This document shows positions 1-10,217 of a stretch of DNA of 64,000 nt, one piece after another. Under the pieces are notes generated by a model, which was not told the origin of the DNA, searched no databases, and worked only from the letters and a program-made list of their open reading frames with translations. The translations under genes and the position numbers were made by a program. Origin of the DNA: Shigella phage ESh17; the sequence record ON528727; one strand, written 5' to 3'. Within the stretch, counting starts at the first letter, position 1. Every line of letters starts with the position of its first letter.

Positions 1-145
1 TATCTTTTAATTCAGTTTCTTTAACTCTTTTCTTATAATAAGCTTCAAGTTCTTCTAAACCTTCTAATGTTTGACAAGAGGCAATTTTACCCATAAATTC
101 ATCAATAGAAGCTTCATAAAGAAATTGTTTAAATTCTAGTAACAT
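1..145 (-). CDS. uvsW.1: UvsW.1 small protein, N-terminal 48 codons; runs off the window start
   Basis: rc ATG at 143-145 after a GGAG; translation MLLEFKQFLYEASIDEF... matches recalled T4 UvsW.1. Confidence 0.7.
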   Translation of the reverse strand, partial: MLLEFKQFLYEASIDEFMGKIASCQTLEGLEELEAYYKKRVKETELKD

Positions 146-156
146 CTTTTTCTCCA

Positions 157-172
157 AAGGGCCGAAGCCCTT
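157..172 (-). promoter_or_regulatory. intercistronic GC hairpin (CGAA loop) between uvsW and uvsW.1
   Basis: aagggc-cgaa-gccctt inverted repeat immediately 3' of the uvsW stop. Confidence 0.4.
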
Positions 173-1679
173 ATAAATTAACTGTTTTCATTACGTAATT
201 AAATTTTTCATCTGCGTAGCGCTGAATACGATCAATGCCGTGTTTTAAAAGATAGTTTAAATGAACATATTTCTTTTTCGTATTAGCAGATTTTGGCTTA
301 ACACCACAATCATCTATGAGGTCCCAGACTGTTGCTATTGTCTTAGAACCATGCTTACGTAATACACGACCGATTGTTTGTAATACAATGATTTTTGATT
401 TAACACCATGCGCTAAAACAACGTGATGCAGATTTTTAACTGAAATACCAGTAGAAAATACACCATAACTAGCTACTATAATTATTCCTTTACCATTTTC
501 AGCTAAGGTTTTCATTATATTGCGGGTTTCGGTATCAACTTCCCCTGATACGTAATAAACTTTATCGTACTCATTTTTAATTAAATCGAAAATAGCTTTA
601 CCATGTGATACATGTTTAAACATGACAAAAGCGTTTTCATCTTTTTGCGCAAGCTTAATAGCTAATTTAGCGATCCATTTATTTCTTTTACTAAGCCCCG
701 TAATAATTTTTATTTCTTCTTGATAAGTTTTTCCCTTTAATTTAGTAGTGAACTCATCGGGATAGCGAAGAAAAATACTATTAATTTTTAGCTCAGTTAC
801 TTGTCCATCTTCCATTAACTTAGAAGTCGTTACTGGCTTAAATATTTCACCAAACATTCCAACATACTGCATGATATTGGCTTTGCCATCACGTAATGAA
901 CCAGATAGACCAAATTTGAACATGCAGTTATTTAAACCTGATATGATGGATGAAATACTTTTTCCTGTAGCAAGATGACATTCATCATTCATCATCATTC
1001 CAAACTGTGAGAACCATTCTTTCGGTTGTTTTACTACAGTTTGCCATGTACCAACAACGACTGGTGCATCATTTTTATATTTATCATCTTTTGATGCTCC
1101 GCCACCAATTTTCTTTATCATTGCATGACTGAATAAACGATAGTCAACGAAGTCATCAGCCATCTGAGTTGTCAGAGCAGTTGTTGGAACAATGATAAGA
1201 ATTTTGCCTTCATAATTTTCCAAATAATATCGCGCAAGCAAAGCTTGAATTAAAGATTTACCAGCGGATGTTGGAAGATTAAGAATTCTACGACGATTAA
1301 CTAATCCTTCGAACACTGCATCTTTTTGATACCAGTGTGGTTCAATTCTTTTATTTCCTGAATAGATTTCTAATTTAGAAAGCCATTCATCAAAATCTTT
1401 TCTTGATAATTCTTCTTTTTCGTTAATTTGTGGGTCAATCCAGGCTTTATAGCCAAAGTTATCACAGAACTTTTTAATTTGCCCGACTAAGCCGAATGGA
1501 AGAAGACGATTATAATCTAAAAGACGGATTCGTCCATCCCAGTTGCCATATCTGAAGCGAGGATTAAACCTATATCCATCGGCCTCAAACGAAAAGAAAT
1601 CTCTTAATTCGTGGAACGTGCTCTCTTCACAATCGATGCGTACATGGCTGAAGTCGTGAAAATGTACTTTAATATCCAT
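171..1679 (-). CDS. uvsW: UvsW SF2 DExH helicase (recombination/repair), 502 aa
   Basis: P-loop TSAGKS and DECH box; N-terminus matches recalled T4 UvsW; length 502. Confidence 0.9.
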   Translation of the reverse strand: MDIKVHFHDFSHVRIDCEESTFHELRDFFSFEADGYRFNPRFRYGNWDGRIRLLDYNRLLPFGLVGQIKKFCDNFGYKAWIDPQINEKEELSRKDFDEWLSKLEIYSGNKRIEPHWYQKDAVFEGLVNRRRILNLPTSAGKSLIQALLARYYLENYEGKILIIVPTTALTTQMADDFVDYRLFSHAMIKKIGGGASKDDKYKNDAPVVVGTWQTVVKQPKEWFSQFGMMMNDECHLATGKSISSIISGLNNCMFKFGLSGSLRDGKANIMQYVGMFGEIFKPVTTSKLMEDGQVTELKINSIFLRYPDEFTTKLKGKTYQEEIKIITGLSKRNKWIAKLAIKLAQKDENAFVMFKHVSHGKAIFDLIKNEYDKVYYVSGEVDTETRNIMKTLAENGKGIIIVASYGVFSTGISVKNLHHVVLAHGVKSKIIVLQTIGRVLRKHGSKTIATVWDLIDDCGVKPKSANTKKKYVHLNYLLKHGIDRIQRYADEKFNYVMKTVNL

Positions 1680-1681
1680 AA

Positions 1682-2299
1682 TTATGCCTTACTAAATTTG
1701 CCTTTAGAATCTCTTTTCATGAGACGACCTTTAATAAATCCGTCGGGAATAATACCGTCTGGTTGTATTAATTTATTTATTGCACCATTATTGACCCAAA
1801 AAGTTCCTGTGGTAGTTGGTTTGACTTTACATCCTTTTCTGGACTTTCTATTAGGATGAACCATCCCTTTTACAAATCCTTCTGGAACAAGTTCTCCAGG
1901 TTTAATAAAAATATTTTTAGTTCCATTAGTGTAACAAGTTGTACCTAATACCGTGCCCGGTGAGTTTTCAAATCTCTTAGCGGAAGATTCTTTCATCTTT
2001 GCTATAACCTCTGTAGTCATAACAATTCCACCAATTCCACCAGGTTTCATATTATAATAATTTTTGCTTTTTATTATTTCAGGAGTTATAATTTCTTCTT
2101 CATACATGTACGCTTCTTCGGAAGTTTTAAACTCTTTTAGTATTGTTCTAGAGAAATTGTTTTCACCATATTTCTTTATAGCCTGCTGAATTGCCTTACC
2201 GGAACCAAGGTAACCATCATTCAAGTCATCAGTAGAGTGTTTTCCTATATACTTTTTACCATTTATTAGATTTGTTGTTTCATATACAAAGTGGTACAT
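1682..2299 (-). CDS. GIY-YIG homing endonuclease, Seg family (segE-like by position between inh and uvsW), 205 aa
   Basis: N-terminal KYIGKH ... YLGSG GIY-YIG motif; free-standing ORF between conserved genes. Confidence 0.75.
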   Translation of the reverse strand: MYHFVYETTNLINGKKYIGKHSTDDLNDGYLGSGKAIQQAIKKYGENNFSRTILKEFKTSEEAYMYEEEIITPEIIKSKNYYNMKPGGIGGIVMTTEVIAKMKESSAKRFENSPGTVLGTTCYTNGTKNIFIKPGELVPEGFVKGMVHPNRKSRKGCKVKPTTTGTFWVNNGAINKLIQPDGIIPDGFIKGRLMKRDSKGKFSKA

Positions 2300-2327
2300 A
2301 CTATTTTCCGAGTAATAAATATATCTA

Positions 2328-2335
2328 TATTTATA
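2328..2335 (-). promoter_or_regulatory. late-promoter consensus TATAAATA (minus strand) upstream of the seg-like gene
   Basis: plus-strand TATTTATA about 30 nt 5' of the minus-strand ATG. Confidence 0.4.
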
Positions 2336-2348
2336 CTGAGGAAATATT

Positions 2349-3029
2349 ATGATAGATAAAGATTATATTGCAGAGCTGAAGGCTCTTGATGATAACAAAG
2401 AAGCTAAAGCTAAATTAGCTGAATATGCTGAACAGTTTGGTATAAAGGTCAAAAAGAATAAATCTTTTGATAATATCGTTGTTGATATTGAAGAAGCCCT
2501 CCAGAAGCTCGCTAGTGAACCTATGCCAGAGACTGATGGGTTATCTATTAAAGACTTAATTGATGCTGCTGATGCTGCAGAGGGATTAAAATATGACGAT
2601 GAAGAAGTCAATCCAGAAGCAGCACTTCTGATTGATTCTCCGGTTAAATCTGACATTAAAATTGAAGTAGTAGAAACGGATAAAATTCCTGAAAATACCG
2701 ATGTTTTGATTGAAGATACTCCTTTTGTTGAAGAAAAATTTGAACAGGCTGTAGCTGAAATTATTGAATCTGAAAATCCGTCTGTATTTACTCTTCCGGA
2801 AAACTTTAGCCCGAATCTTCAGTTGATTGGAAAAAATCCAGGATTCTGTACTGTTCCTTGGTGGATTTATCAATGGATTGCTGAAACTCCGGATTGGAAA
2901 TCTCACCCAACAAGTTTTGAGCATGCGTCAGCACACCAAACTTTATTTAGCTTAATTTACTACATTAATCGTGACGGATCAGTTCTAATTCGTGAAACAC
3001 GTAATTCTTCTTTCGTAACATTAAAATAA
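2349..3029 (+). CDS. inh: Inh-like protein (inhibitor of prohead protease) by position and size, 226 aa
   Basis: 226-aa acidic ORF immediately upstream of hoc, as in T4; sequence itself not independently recognised. Confidence 0.55.
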   Translation: MIDKDYIAELKALDDNKEAKAKLAEYAEQFGIKVKKNKSFDNIVVDIEEALQKLASEPMPETDGLSIKDLIDAADAAEGLKYDDEEVNPEAALLIDSPVKSDIKIEVVETDKIPENTDVLIEDTPFVEEKFEQAVAEIIESENPSVFTLPENFSPNLQLIGKNPGFCTVPWWIYQWIAETPDWKSHPTSFEHASAHQTLFSLIYYINRDGSVLIRETRNSSFVTLK

Positions 3030-3038
3030 GGATAATTT

Positions 3039-4169
3039 ATGACTTTTACAGTTGATATAACTCCTAAAACGCCTACTGGAGTTATAGATCAGACTCAGCA
3101 GTTTACTGCTACACCCAGTGGTCAAACTGGAGATGGACCTATTACATATGCTTGGACTGTAGACGACGCTCCGCAGGAAGAAACGTCAGCAACTTTTAGT
3201 TATGTACTAAAAGGACCTGCCGGTCAAAAAACTATTAAAGTAGTTGCAACAAACCCAGTTCCAGATACTGATGCTGAAACAGCAGAAGCTACTACAACTA
3301 TCACAGTTCAAAATAAGACACAGACAACTACTTTAGCTGTAACTCCTGATAGTCCTTCAGTTGGAGTAATTGGAACCCCAGTTCAATTTACTGCTGCCTT
3401 ATCTTCTCAACCAGTTGGAGCGTCTGCTACGTATCAATGGCACGTTGACGGTTCTCCTGTAGGCGAAGCAACTTCTGCTACATTCAATTACACTCCTACC
3501 ACAAGTGGAGTAAAAAGAATTAAATGCGTAGCCCAAGTAACTGCTGAAAATTACAATGAAAAGGAAGTTACTTCGAATGAAGTATCATTAACAGTTAATA
3601 AGAAGACAATGAATCCACAGGTTACATTGACTCCTCCTTCTATTAACGTTCAACAAGATGCTTCGGCTACATTTACTGCTAATGTCACTGATGCACCAGA
3701 AGAAGCACAAATTGCTTATTCATGGAAGAAAGATTCTTCTCCCGTAGAAGGATCAACTAATGTGTATACCGTTGATACGTCATCTGTTGGAAGTCAAACT
3801 ATTGAAGTTACTGCTATCGTTACGGCAACTGATTATGATAGTAAAACTATTACAGCAGAAGGTCAAGTTCAAGTGACTGATAAAGTTGCTCCAGAACCAG
3901 AAGGTGAATTACCTTATGTTCATCCTCTTCCACACCGTAGCTCAGCTTACATCTGGTGCGGTTGGTGGGTTATGGATGAAATCCAAAAAATGACCGAAGA
4001 AGGTAAAGATTGGAAAACTGATGATCCAGATAGTAAGTACTACTTGCATCGTTACACTCTTCAGAAAATGATGAAAGACTATCCAGAAGTTGATGTTCAA
4101 GAATCACGTAATGGATACATCATTCACAAAACTGCTTTAGAAACTGGTATCATCTATACCTATCCATAA
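3039..4169 (+). CDS. hoc: Hoc, highly immunogenic outer capsid protein with Ig-like repeats, 376 aa
   Basis: 376 aa; tandem Thr/Val-rich Ig-like repeats; position next to rnlB/24. Confidence 0.85.
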   Translation: MTFTVDITPKTPTGVIDQTQQFTATPSGQTGDGPITYAWTVDDAPQEETSATFSYVLKGPAGQKTIKVVATNPVPDTDAETAEATTTITVQNKTQTTTLAVTPDSPSVGVIGTPVQFTAALSSQPVGASATYQWHVDGSPVGEATSATFNYTPTTSGVKRIKCVAQVTAENYNEKEVTSNEVSLTVNKKTMNPQVTLTPPSINVQQDASATFTANVTDAPEEAQIAYSWKKDSSPVEGSTNVYTVDTSSVGSQTIEVTAIVTATDYDSKTITAEGQVQVTDKVAPEPEGELPYVHPLPHRSSAYIWCGWWVMDEIQKMTEEGKDWKTDDPDSKYYLHRYTLQKMMKDYPEVDVQESRNGYIIHKTALETGIIYTYP

Positions 4170-4174
4170 TCATA

Positions 4175-4196
4175 AGGGGCTTCGGCCCCTTTTTTC
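4175..4196 (+). terminator. intrinsic terminator after hoc
   Basis: aggggc-ttcg-gcccct hairpin followed by T6. Confidence 0.75.
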
Positions 4197-4258
4197 ATTT
4201 TGAAAGCACACAAAACACAATCAGAAAATGGTGTATATAATGGCACCAACTCGATAAC

Positions 4259-4474
4259 ATGAGATTGATTATGAGAACTGAGGTTGTGGTGTTTACTCTT
4301 CATGAGTCTGGAAAGTCATTCATTGAAATTGCTCGTGAATTAAACTTACAGGCGAAAGAAGTGGCTGTATTATGGGCTCGAGCTATGACTGCTAAGAATA
4401 AATTTGAAACTCGAGAAAAAGTTGTCTATAGAAAAAGACATATCAATAAAAAGGTGAAAAATGGAACAGTATGA
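4259..4474 (+). CDS. small basic protein with helix-turn-helix-like segment (24.3 position), 71 aa
   Basis: ATG ORF; position between hoc and rnlB. Confidence 0.45.
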   Translation: MRLIMRTEVVVFTLHESGKSFIEIARELNLQAKEVAVLWARAMTAKNKFETREKVVYRKRHINKKVKNGTV

Positions 4475-4739
4475 TCTTTATGAAAATGAATCTTTTGCTA
4501 ATCAATTACGTGAAAAAGCATTAAAAAGTAAACAGTTTAAGCTAGAGTGTTTTATTAAAGATTTTTCAGAACTTGCTAATAAAGCAGCTGAACAAGGTAA
4601 AACATATTTTAGTTATTATTGTACTGCTCGCGATAAATTGATTACTGAAGAAATTGGTGATTGGCTGAGAAAAGAAGGATTCAGCTTTAAAGTCAATAGT
4701 GATCAGCGTGATGGTGATTGGTTAGAAATTACATTTTGA
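4461..4739 (+). CDS. hypothetical protein (24.2 position), 92 aa
   Basis: ORF overlapping previous gene end; typical phage coupling. Confidence 0.45.
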   Translation: MEQYDLYENESFANQLREKALKSKQFKLECFIKDFSELANKAAEQGKTYFSYYCTARDKLITEEIGDWLRKEGFSFKVNSDQRDGDWLEITF

Positions 4740-4748
4740 GGATTAATT

Positions 4749-5753
4749 ATGTTTAAAAAGTATAGCAGTCTTGAAAATCATTACAACTCTAAATTTATTG
4801 AAAAACTTTACAGCTTGGGATTGACTGGCGGCGAATGGGTAGCTCGTGAAAAGATTCACGGCACAAATTTCTCGTTGATTATTGAGCGTGATAAAGTGAC
4901 TTGCGCTAAACGTACTGGACCGATTCTTCCTGCTGAAGATTTCTTCGGTTATGAAATTATTTTAAAGAATTACGAAGATTCTATTAAAGCTGTCCAAGAA
5001 ATTATGGAAACTTCAGCTGTTGTGACTTATCAAGTTTTTGGCGAATTCGCTGGACCTGGCATTCAGAAGAATGTTGATTATGGCGATAAAGATTTTTATG
5101 TATTTGACATTATTGTCACTACCGAAAGTGGTGATGTAACTTATGTTGATGATTACATGATGGAATCGTTTTGTAATTCATTTGGGTTTAAAATCGCTCC
5201 ACTTTTGGGTCGTGGTAAATTTGAAGATCTTATTAAACTTCCAAATGATTTGGATTCTGTTGTTCCGTCTTATAATTTTACCGTAGATAATGCAGGTTTA
5301 ATTGACGCTAACAAATGTGTTTGGAAAGCTGAAGCCAAAGGCGAAGTATTTACCGCTGAAGGATATGTATTGAAACCTTGCTATCCTTCTTGGCTGCCTA
5401 ATCGCAATCGTGTAGCCATCAAATGCAAGAATTCTAAATTTAGTGAAAAGAAAAAGTCTGATAAGCCTATTAAAGCTAAAGTTGAACTGTCAGAAGCTGA
5501 TAACAAATTGGTGGGGATTTTAGCTTGTTACGTTACACTAAACCGAGTAAATAACGTTATTTCTAAAATTGGCGAAATTGGTCCAAAAGATTTTGGAAAG
5601 GTGATGGGACTAACTGTTCAAGATATTTTGGAAGAAACTTCTCGTGAAGGTATTACTCTAACTCAAGCGGATAATCCTTCTTTGATTAAAAAGGAATTAG
5701 TTAAAATGGTACAAGATGTACTTCGTCCGGCTTGGATTGAATTGAATTGGTAA
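4749..5753 (+). CDS. rnlB: RNA ligase 2 (Rnl2), 334 aa
   Basis: 334 aa; adenylation motif KIHGTN with Lys at residue 35; N-terminus matches recalled T4 Rnl2. Confidence 0.9.
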   Translation: MFKKYSSLENHYNSKFIEKLYSLGLTGGEWVAREKIHGTNFSLIIERDKVTCAKRTGPILPAEDFFGYEIILKNYEDSIKAVQEIMETSAVVTYQVFGEFAGPGIQKNVDYGDKDFYVFDIIVTTESGDVTYVDDYMMESFCNSFGFKIAPLLGRGKFEDLIKLPNDLDSVVPSYNFTVDNAGLIDANKCVWKAEAKGEVFTAEGYVLKPCYPSWLPNRNRVAIKCKNSKFSEKKKSDKPIKAKVELSEADNKLVGILACYVTLNRVNNVISKIGEIGPKDFGKVMGLTVQDILEETSREGITLTQADNPSLIKKELVKMVQDVLRPAWIELNW

Positions 5754-5760
5754 GTTAAAT

Positions 5761-5790
5761 AAAAAGGGACCGAAAGGTCCCTTTGTTTTA
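5761..5790. terminator. bidirectional intrinsic terminator between convergent rnlB and gene 24
   Basis: gggacc-gaaa-ggtccc hairpin flanked by A-run and T-run. Confidence 0.75.
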
Positions 5791-7071
5791 TTCATCAATG
5801 ATAATTTTTGGTAGCTTAACACCTAATAAAACAGACAAATCTGAACGACCCGCCATTTTATCCATGTCTCCACCATCAATTACTCTTGCTTCTTTTTCAT
5901 CTTTTGCTACGGTGTAAGGATTTGCAGATAAAGCATATCTAACTAATAAACCGATAGACGGTTGCAAGCTTTCTGGATCAACAACAACTTTAAATGCACC
6001 TACATGTTCAGGGTCATCTAAGTCGAGACCTTCTGTATACGGAGCATAGAAAATTGATCCAACAATTTCTTTTTCACCGATATTTTCTACTACGCCAACG
6101 ATTACATAATCTAATGGGCTGTTAGTATCGCAATAAAGTGGTAAACCATTAGCTAAAAACCCATAGGCATTTTGTGAAAGATATTTATCATCTTCTGGTT
6201 TATGTTTTAACCAACCTGATGCAGCAAGAATCGCGGCGGCACGAGCAGAAGCTACACAGAACGTTGCTGTATAAGTTGATTCTTTTTGGATATGCGAAAC
6301 CATTTCACATACCATTCGGTATAATGAACGACCAGCTTCAGGAGCAGATGCATAACTCAAATCAATGAATCCGGTATCAGTAATTCCTGTAACTTTATAG
6401 CGTTTTGACACTGTAATCAAAGACTGCAGAATATCTTTATTGATTTCATCTGCCATTTCAGTTGCAAGCAAATCTTCTAAGAAATTAGGAGCATCGAATC
6501 CATTTGCTTCTAAATCTTGCGCTAATTCAACTGTGATGCCAGTTTTAAGTTTACGAGATTTAACCGCGGTTTGCCATTTATTAATCTGGAATCTAGCATC
6601 CGCAATTTCACTATCAGAGCTTTCAAATTTGCTTGTTACTGCAGCATCAGAAAATAGACGAACCTTTAAAAGAACGATTGCAATCTGAAGAGCTAATTCT
6701 AAATCGCTTTCTTCAATATCAGCAAATGGTGTATCTTCTAATACTTTATAAACGATATTATTATATTTGAATAAATCGCCTTTATTGAGAGTTAATTTAG
6801 ACTCTTCTGTTAATTCTGTGATTTGTTCTCGGTCTACGTATCCAGCTTCGCCAGCGTAAGTAGCACCAGTTTTAAATGTAAATTCATTGTCTGGGTTAAG
6901 GTATTTGATACCATAAAAAGCAGCAACAGGTTGATTAGTTCTTTGTGTTGCTACAATGTCAGAATATATTAATTTAGTGGTAGCGCGAGTCAAAGCAACG
7001 AGATTTGGGCGACCGATTGAGTTGCTATTCGTTGTGGTTGATTCGCGCAGAAGTTCGTTGATTTTAGCCAT
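5788..7071 (-). CDS. 24: gp24 head vertex protein, 427 aa
   Basis: 427 aa; paralog-like to gp23; position. Confidence 0.9.
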   Translation of the reverse strand: MAKINELLRESTTTNSNSIGRPNLVALTRATTKLIYSDIVATQRTNQPVAAFYGIKYLNPDNEFTFKTGATYAGEAGYVDREQITELTEESKLTLNKGDLFKYNNIVYKVLEDTPFADIEESDLELALQIAIVLLKVRLFSDAAVTSKFESSDSEIADARFQINKWQTAVKSRKLKTGITVELAQDLEANGFDAPNFLEDLLATEMADEINKDILQSLITVSKRYKVTGITDTGFIDLSYASAPEAGRSLYRMVCEMVSHIQKESTYTATFCVASARAAAILAASGWLKHKPEDDKYLSQNAYGFLANGLPLYCDTNSPLDYVIVGVVENIGEKEIVGSIFYAPYTEGLDLDDPEHVGAFKVVVDPESLQPSIGLLVRYALSANPYTVAKDEKEARVIDGGDMDKMAGRSDLSVLLGVKLPKIIIDE

Positions 7072-7098
7072 TGCGCTTTCCTTTTGGTTTATATGATT

Positions 7099-7106
7099 TA
7101 TTTATA
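7099..7106 (-). promoter_or_regulatory. late promoter TATAAATA for gene 24
   Basis: TATTTATA on plus strand about 30 nt upstream of the gene 24 start. Confidence 0.6.
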
Positions 7107-7123
7107 CCATAAAAACAACTAAA

Positions 7124-7139
7124 GGGACCCGAAGGTCCC
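7124..7139 (-). terminator. hairpin terminator after gene 23
   Basis: gggacc-cgaa-ggtccc hairpin followed on the minus strand by a U-rich tract. Confidence 0.65.
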
Positions 7140-7154
7140 TTAAATCGTCAAAGA

Positions 7155-8720
7155 TTAGATACCTTTAACATATACACGGCGGAAGTAAGCGTTTTTACCA
7201 AGGCTATTCAGAATAGAAGGCATACCGCTTTGGATGCGAGAAGCCGGAGCCTGAGCAGCGGATTCTGCAAATGGGTTGATACCGATACCGTAACGAGTTT
7301 TGAATCCCATTACTGGTTGGAAGTTCTTCGGATCGGAACCACGCAGCGGAGTCAGCGCTACATATGGAGCGTAGTAAATACCAGCATCCATTTCGTTCGG
7401 ACCTTTATAACCTACAGTGAAATAATCCTGTTTAGCATACTGGTCGATATATACGCGGTATTTACCACCCAGAACACCAGCAAATACTGACTTGGTAGTA
7501 TCAGTGTTAAAGCCGGTAGCCAGACCCTGTGCAGCATAAGAAATGCCGGTATCAACTGAAGCCAGAACGTTAACTACGTTACGGGAAGCGATAATGAAGT
7601 TACCTTCACCACGACCGGTCTGACGAGCAATTTCAACTGCTTCTTTGTCAATCTGGAACAACAGAGCTTTAAAGGATTCACCCGCCCAGCGAGCACCACG
7701 AATATCAATCGGATCCTGGAAGTCAAATACACCAGCTTTAGAACCCGGAGTCAGGGTCATACCAGATTTACCAACCTGTGCGGAGTAGTTAATCCAATCA
7801 ACAACTTCACGGTTGATTTCTAGCATGATTTCGGTAGCCAGAATACCAGACAGTTCAGCATCAGCATCCATACCGTGAACAGCGCGGAGGTCTTGTGCTA
7901 ATTCGATAGAGTAAGCAGCTTTCAGCTGGCGAGATTTAGCTTCGATAACTTGTTTATCGATACGGAAGCCCATTTCATTCCATGGGTTATCGGTAGAACC
8001 ATTGAAACCTTCCTGAAGTTCAGCGATAGAAGTAGCCATGCCTTCAGCGATTTCTACCAGTACACCAGCTTCCATTTGTTTCTTAACTTCGGCATCTAAT
8101 TTAGCAGCATCAGTCGCACCAGCATCAATTGTTACTACAGCGGAAGCTTGCAGATATACAGTGCCAGTTTCCTGGAAGAAGTGAGAATAGATGTCACCTA
8201 CAACGGTTTGTGTGCTAGCAGCCAGAGCTGGGAATTTCTTAGCAGCACCCTGACCAGAGAACATTGCATCTGGACCATACATTGGGTGGAATGCTTCTTT
8301 AGCACCGGCAGCCACTGGGTCTTTACCATATACTGCGCGCAGTGCGAATACCTGGCCAGTCGGGCTGTTCATCGGCTGAACACCACAAATATCGAAAGCA
8401 ATCAGGTTAGGAATAGCACGACGTACCATACCCATAACAGCTGGGCCAATCTGGGTTACTGCGCCAGAAGTCTGACCTGCAGCGATGTTAGTAGCATTGT
8501 AACCATGGTCACCGCCGATTTCAGCTTCTGTTAAGAAAGAACCAAATGCCTGAGCAATTTTTTCGTCTTTATATTCCGGAGCTGTCTGGAAATCTTTTTC
8601 CTGGTTTTCAAAGATTTTAGCGATAATCGCTTGTTTGCTATTAGCAATTTCCGGTAAACCTTCACCTTCCAGTAATGGCTTCCATTTGTTCAAAAGTTCA
8701 GCTTTAGTTTTGATAGTCAT
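7155..8720 (-). CDS. 23: gp23 major capsid protein precursor, 521 aa
   Basis: 521 aa; begins MTIKTKAELLNKWKPLLEGEG..., matches recalled T4 gp23. Confidence 0.95.
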   Translation of the reverse strand: MTIKTKAELLNKWKPLLEGEGLPEIANSKQAIIAKIFENQEKDFQTAPEYKDEKIAQAFGSFLTEAEIGGDHGYNATNIAAGQTSGAVTQIGPAVMGMVRRAIPNLIAFDICGVQPMNSPTGQVFALRAVYGKDPVAAGAKEAFHPMYGPDAMFSGQGAAKKFPALAASTQTVVGDIYSHFFQETGTVYLQASAVVTIDAGATDAAKLDAEVKKQMEAGVLVEIAEGMATSIAELQEGFNGSTDNPWNEMGFRIDKQVIEAKSRQLKAAYSIELAQDLRAVHGMDADAELSGILATEIMLEINREVVDWINYSAQVGKSGMTLTPGSKAGVFDFQDPIDIRGARWAGESFKALLFQIDKEAVEIARQTGRGEGNFIIASRNVVNVLASVDTGISYAAQGLATGFNTDTTKSVFAGVLGGKYRVYIDQYAKQDYFTVGYKGPNEMDAGIYYAPYVALTPLRGSDPKNFQPVMGFKTRYGIGINPFAESAAQAPASRIQSGMPSILNSLGKNAYFRRVYVKGI

Positions 8721-8738
8721 TTGTGTTAACCTTTAAAA

Positions 8739-9548
8739 TTAGAAACGAGATGCGACTTTCGCATATACACTTACAATATCTTCTGCACCCTGTGCAGCTT
8801 TATCTTCTACAGCTTCAGTGACGAAATTCAGTCCGGCTGCTTCAGTATCAGGAGTATTTATACTCTCAGTAATAGTGCTTTCATCTTTATTAGATTTCTT
8901 CACCATTTCTACGATTGCACTCAATTTACTTGAGAATGCATCTGAATAATCCATACCTTCGACCAGAGCAGAGACTTTTTCTTTTTGAGACTCAGTCAGA
9001 TCTTTAGTACTTTCGCTCAATGCCACTTCACGCTGCACATAATTGATATATGCGTCACGCTTATTGAGTTCTTCGAACAGACGAGCTGATTCTTCTTTAT
9101 GTTCTTGCAGCTCTTCTTCCATTTCAGCTACAACATCAACTGATTCTTCTGGAACAACAACGTTGTGTTCAACAAAGAGCTCTTTTAATCCACCAAGCAT
9201 GGATTCAAACAGTTCGGCTTTGATGCCTTTATCAACTGCTAATTTATTTTCAGCGAGCCATTCTTTCGCAAGATGGTCAATGAATTTAGAAGCTTGCTCA
9301 GCGATTTTCTTCTCAGCTTTTTCTTCGGCTTCTTCTTTATTTTTTTCTACTTCTTCTTCTGCTTTTTCAGCAATTTTAGCGATATGAGATTCAGCTAATT
9401 TAACGGCGTGCTGCTTGACGGTAGCTTCGAATACAGTGCCGAAAGTTTCTTTTGCTTCCGGAGAAATATTAACTGATTCGAAAATACTATCAAGAGCAAC
9501 GGAAGCATCAATTTTCTGCGCTTCGGCAATCAGTTGTTCTTTAAGCAT
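8739..9548 (-). CDS. 22: gp22 prohead core scaffold protein, 269 aa
   Basis: 269 aa, highly charged coiled-coil; position. Confidence 0.85.
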   Translation of the reverse strand: MLKEQLIAEAQKIDASVALDSIFESVNISPEAKETFGTVFEATVKQHAVKLAESHIAKIAEKAEEEVEKNKEEAEEKAEKKIAEQASKFIDHLAKEWLAENKLAVDKGIKAELFESMLGGLKELFVEHNVVVPEESVDVVAEMEEELQEHKEESARLFEELNKRDAYINYVQREVALSESTKDLTESQKEKVSALVEGMDYSDAFSSKLSAIVEMVKKSNKDESTITESINTPDTEAAGLNFVTEAVEDKAAQGAEDIVSVYAKVASRF

Positions 9549-9575
9549 TTTGTAGTCCTGTTGTTTAGATAATAA

Positions 9576-9583
9576 TATTTATA
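9576..9583 (-). promoter_or_regulatory. late promoter TATAAATA for gene 22
   Basis: TATTTATA overlapping the gene 21 stop. Confidence 0.55.
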
Positions 9584-10217
9584 ACGCTTTTTTCATGGCC
9601 TCTGCGAGAGCCATATAGGCGTCATCGGCACTTGTATCGGCTTCCGCCGTCTGTGATTCGGTAATTTCCTTAGGAGTTACCCATGCATCTGGAGCACTTG
9701 GACCCCATACTGCATCAACACCTACAGTTAATTTGAATCCTTCGTTTACGATACGATAACCTTTATTTGTGTCAGTCAATGAACCTAATCCACGAGAAGA
9801 AACTCCTGGAATCCATCCGGCACGAATATTAGCTGCTAATTTATCTCCAGGACCATGGTCACCTTCAATAACACGAGCTCGTCCGTATACGTCATTTCCT
9901 TTCCACCACATATCTTCTATAATGATAGCGGCTTGCATCGGGTCAACATTAGCGCGTGGAGGATGATTTAATTCTCCGAGAGCTTGTTTAGTTAAAACTT
10001 GCTCATTAATATAGTCTTTTACCGCTTTTTCTAATATGCGTTTTGGATAAAGACGTTTATTTCTATTGACGACTTCCGCTTGCATGAATATTCCTTCGAT
10101 GTATAAACCTGGTTTTAAACCTAAGTCTTTTCCATCATGAGATTCAAGCATTGGTACGCCATCAATAATTTCGCCAGGTTGACCCCAAGTTTCAATTAGT
10201 AATTGGGGTTCATTCAT
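9579..10217 (-). CDS. 21: gp21 prohead core protease, 212 aa
   Basis: 212 aa; position and size. Confidence 0.9.
   Translation of the reverse strand: MNEPQLLIETWGQPGEIIDGVPMLESHDGKDLGLKPGLYIEGIFMQAEVVNRNKRLYPKRILEKAVKDYINEQVLTKQALGELNHPPRANVDPMQAAIIIEDMWWKGNDVYGRARVIEGDHGPGDKLAANIRAGWIPGVSSRGLGSLTDTNKGYRIVNEGFKLTVGVDAVWGPSAPDAWVTPKEITESQTAEADTSADDAYMALAEAMKKAL

Noticed and set aside
4199-4246. Sigma70-like promoter upstream of the 24.3-position ORF (ttgaaa ... tgtatataat)
   Set aside because: The spacing between the candidate -35 and -10 is about 30 nt, and no MotA box or GTTTAC element is present, so the promoter call is not supportable.
6174-6688. Plus-strand ORFs of 64 and 82 aa inside gene 24
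   Set aside because: They are antisense to a well-supported structural gene, with no ribosome-binding site and no coding-like composition; the same applies to the opposite-strand ORFs within genes 23, 22, 21, 17, 16, wac, 12, 10, 9, 8, 7, 6 and 5 (for example 7230-7490, 8148-8534, 9043-9387, 21064-21555, 22578-22841, 23935-24228, 26832-27167).
8721-8738. Late promoter for gene 23 in the 22-23 gap
   Set aside because: No TATAAATA match is present in the short gap; the promoter probably lies within the 3' end of gene 22, but I could not identify it confidently.
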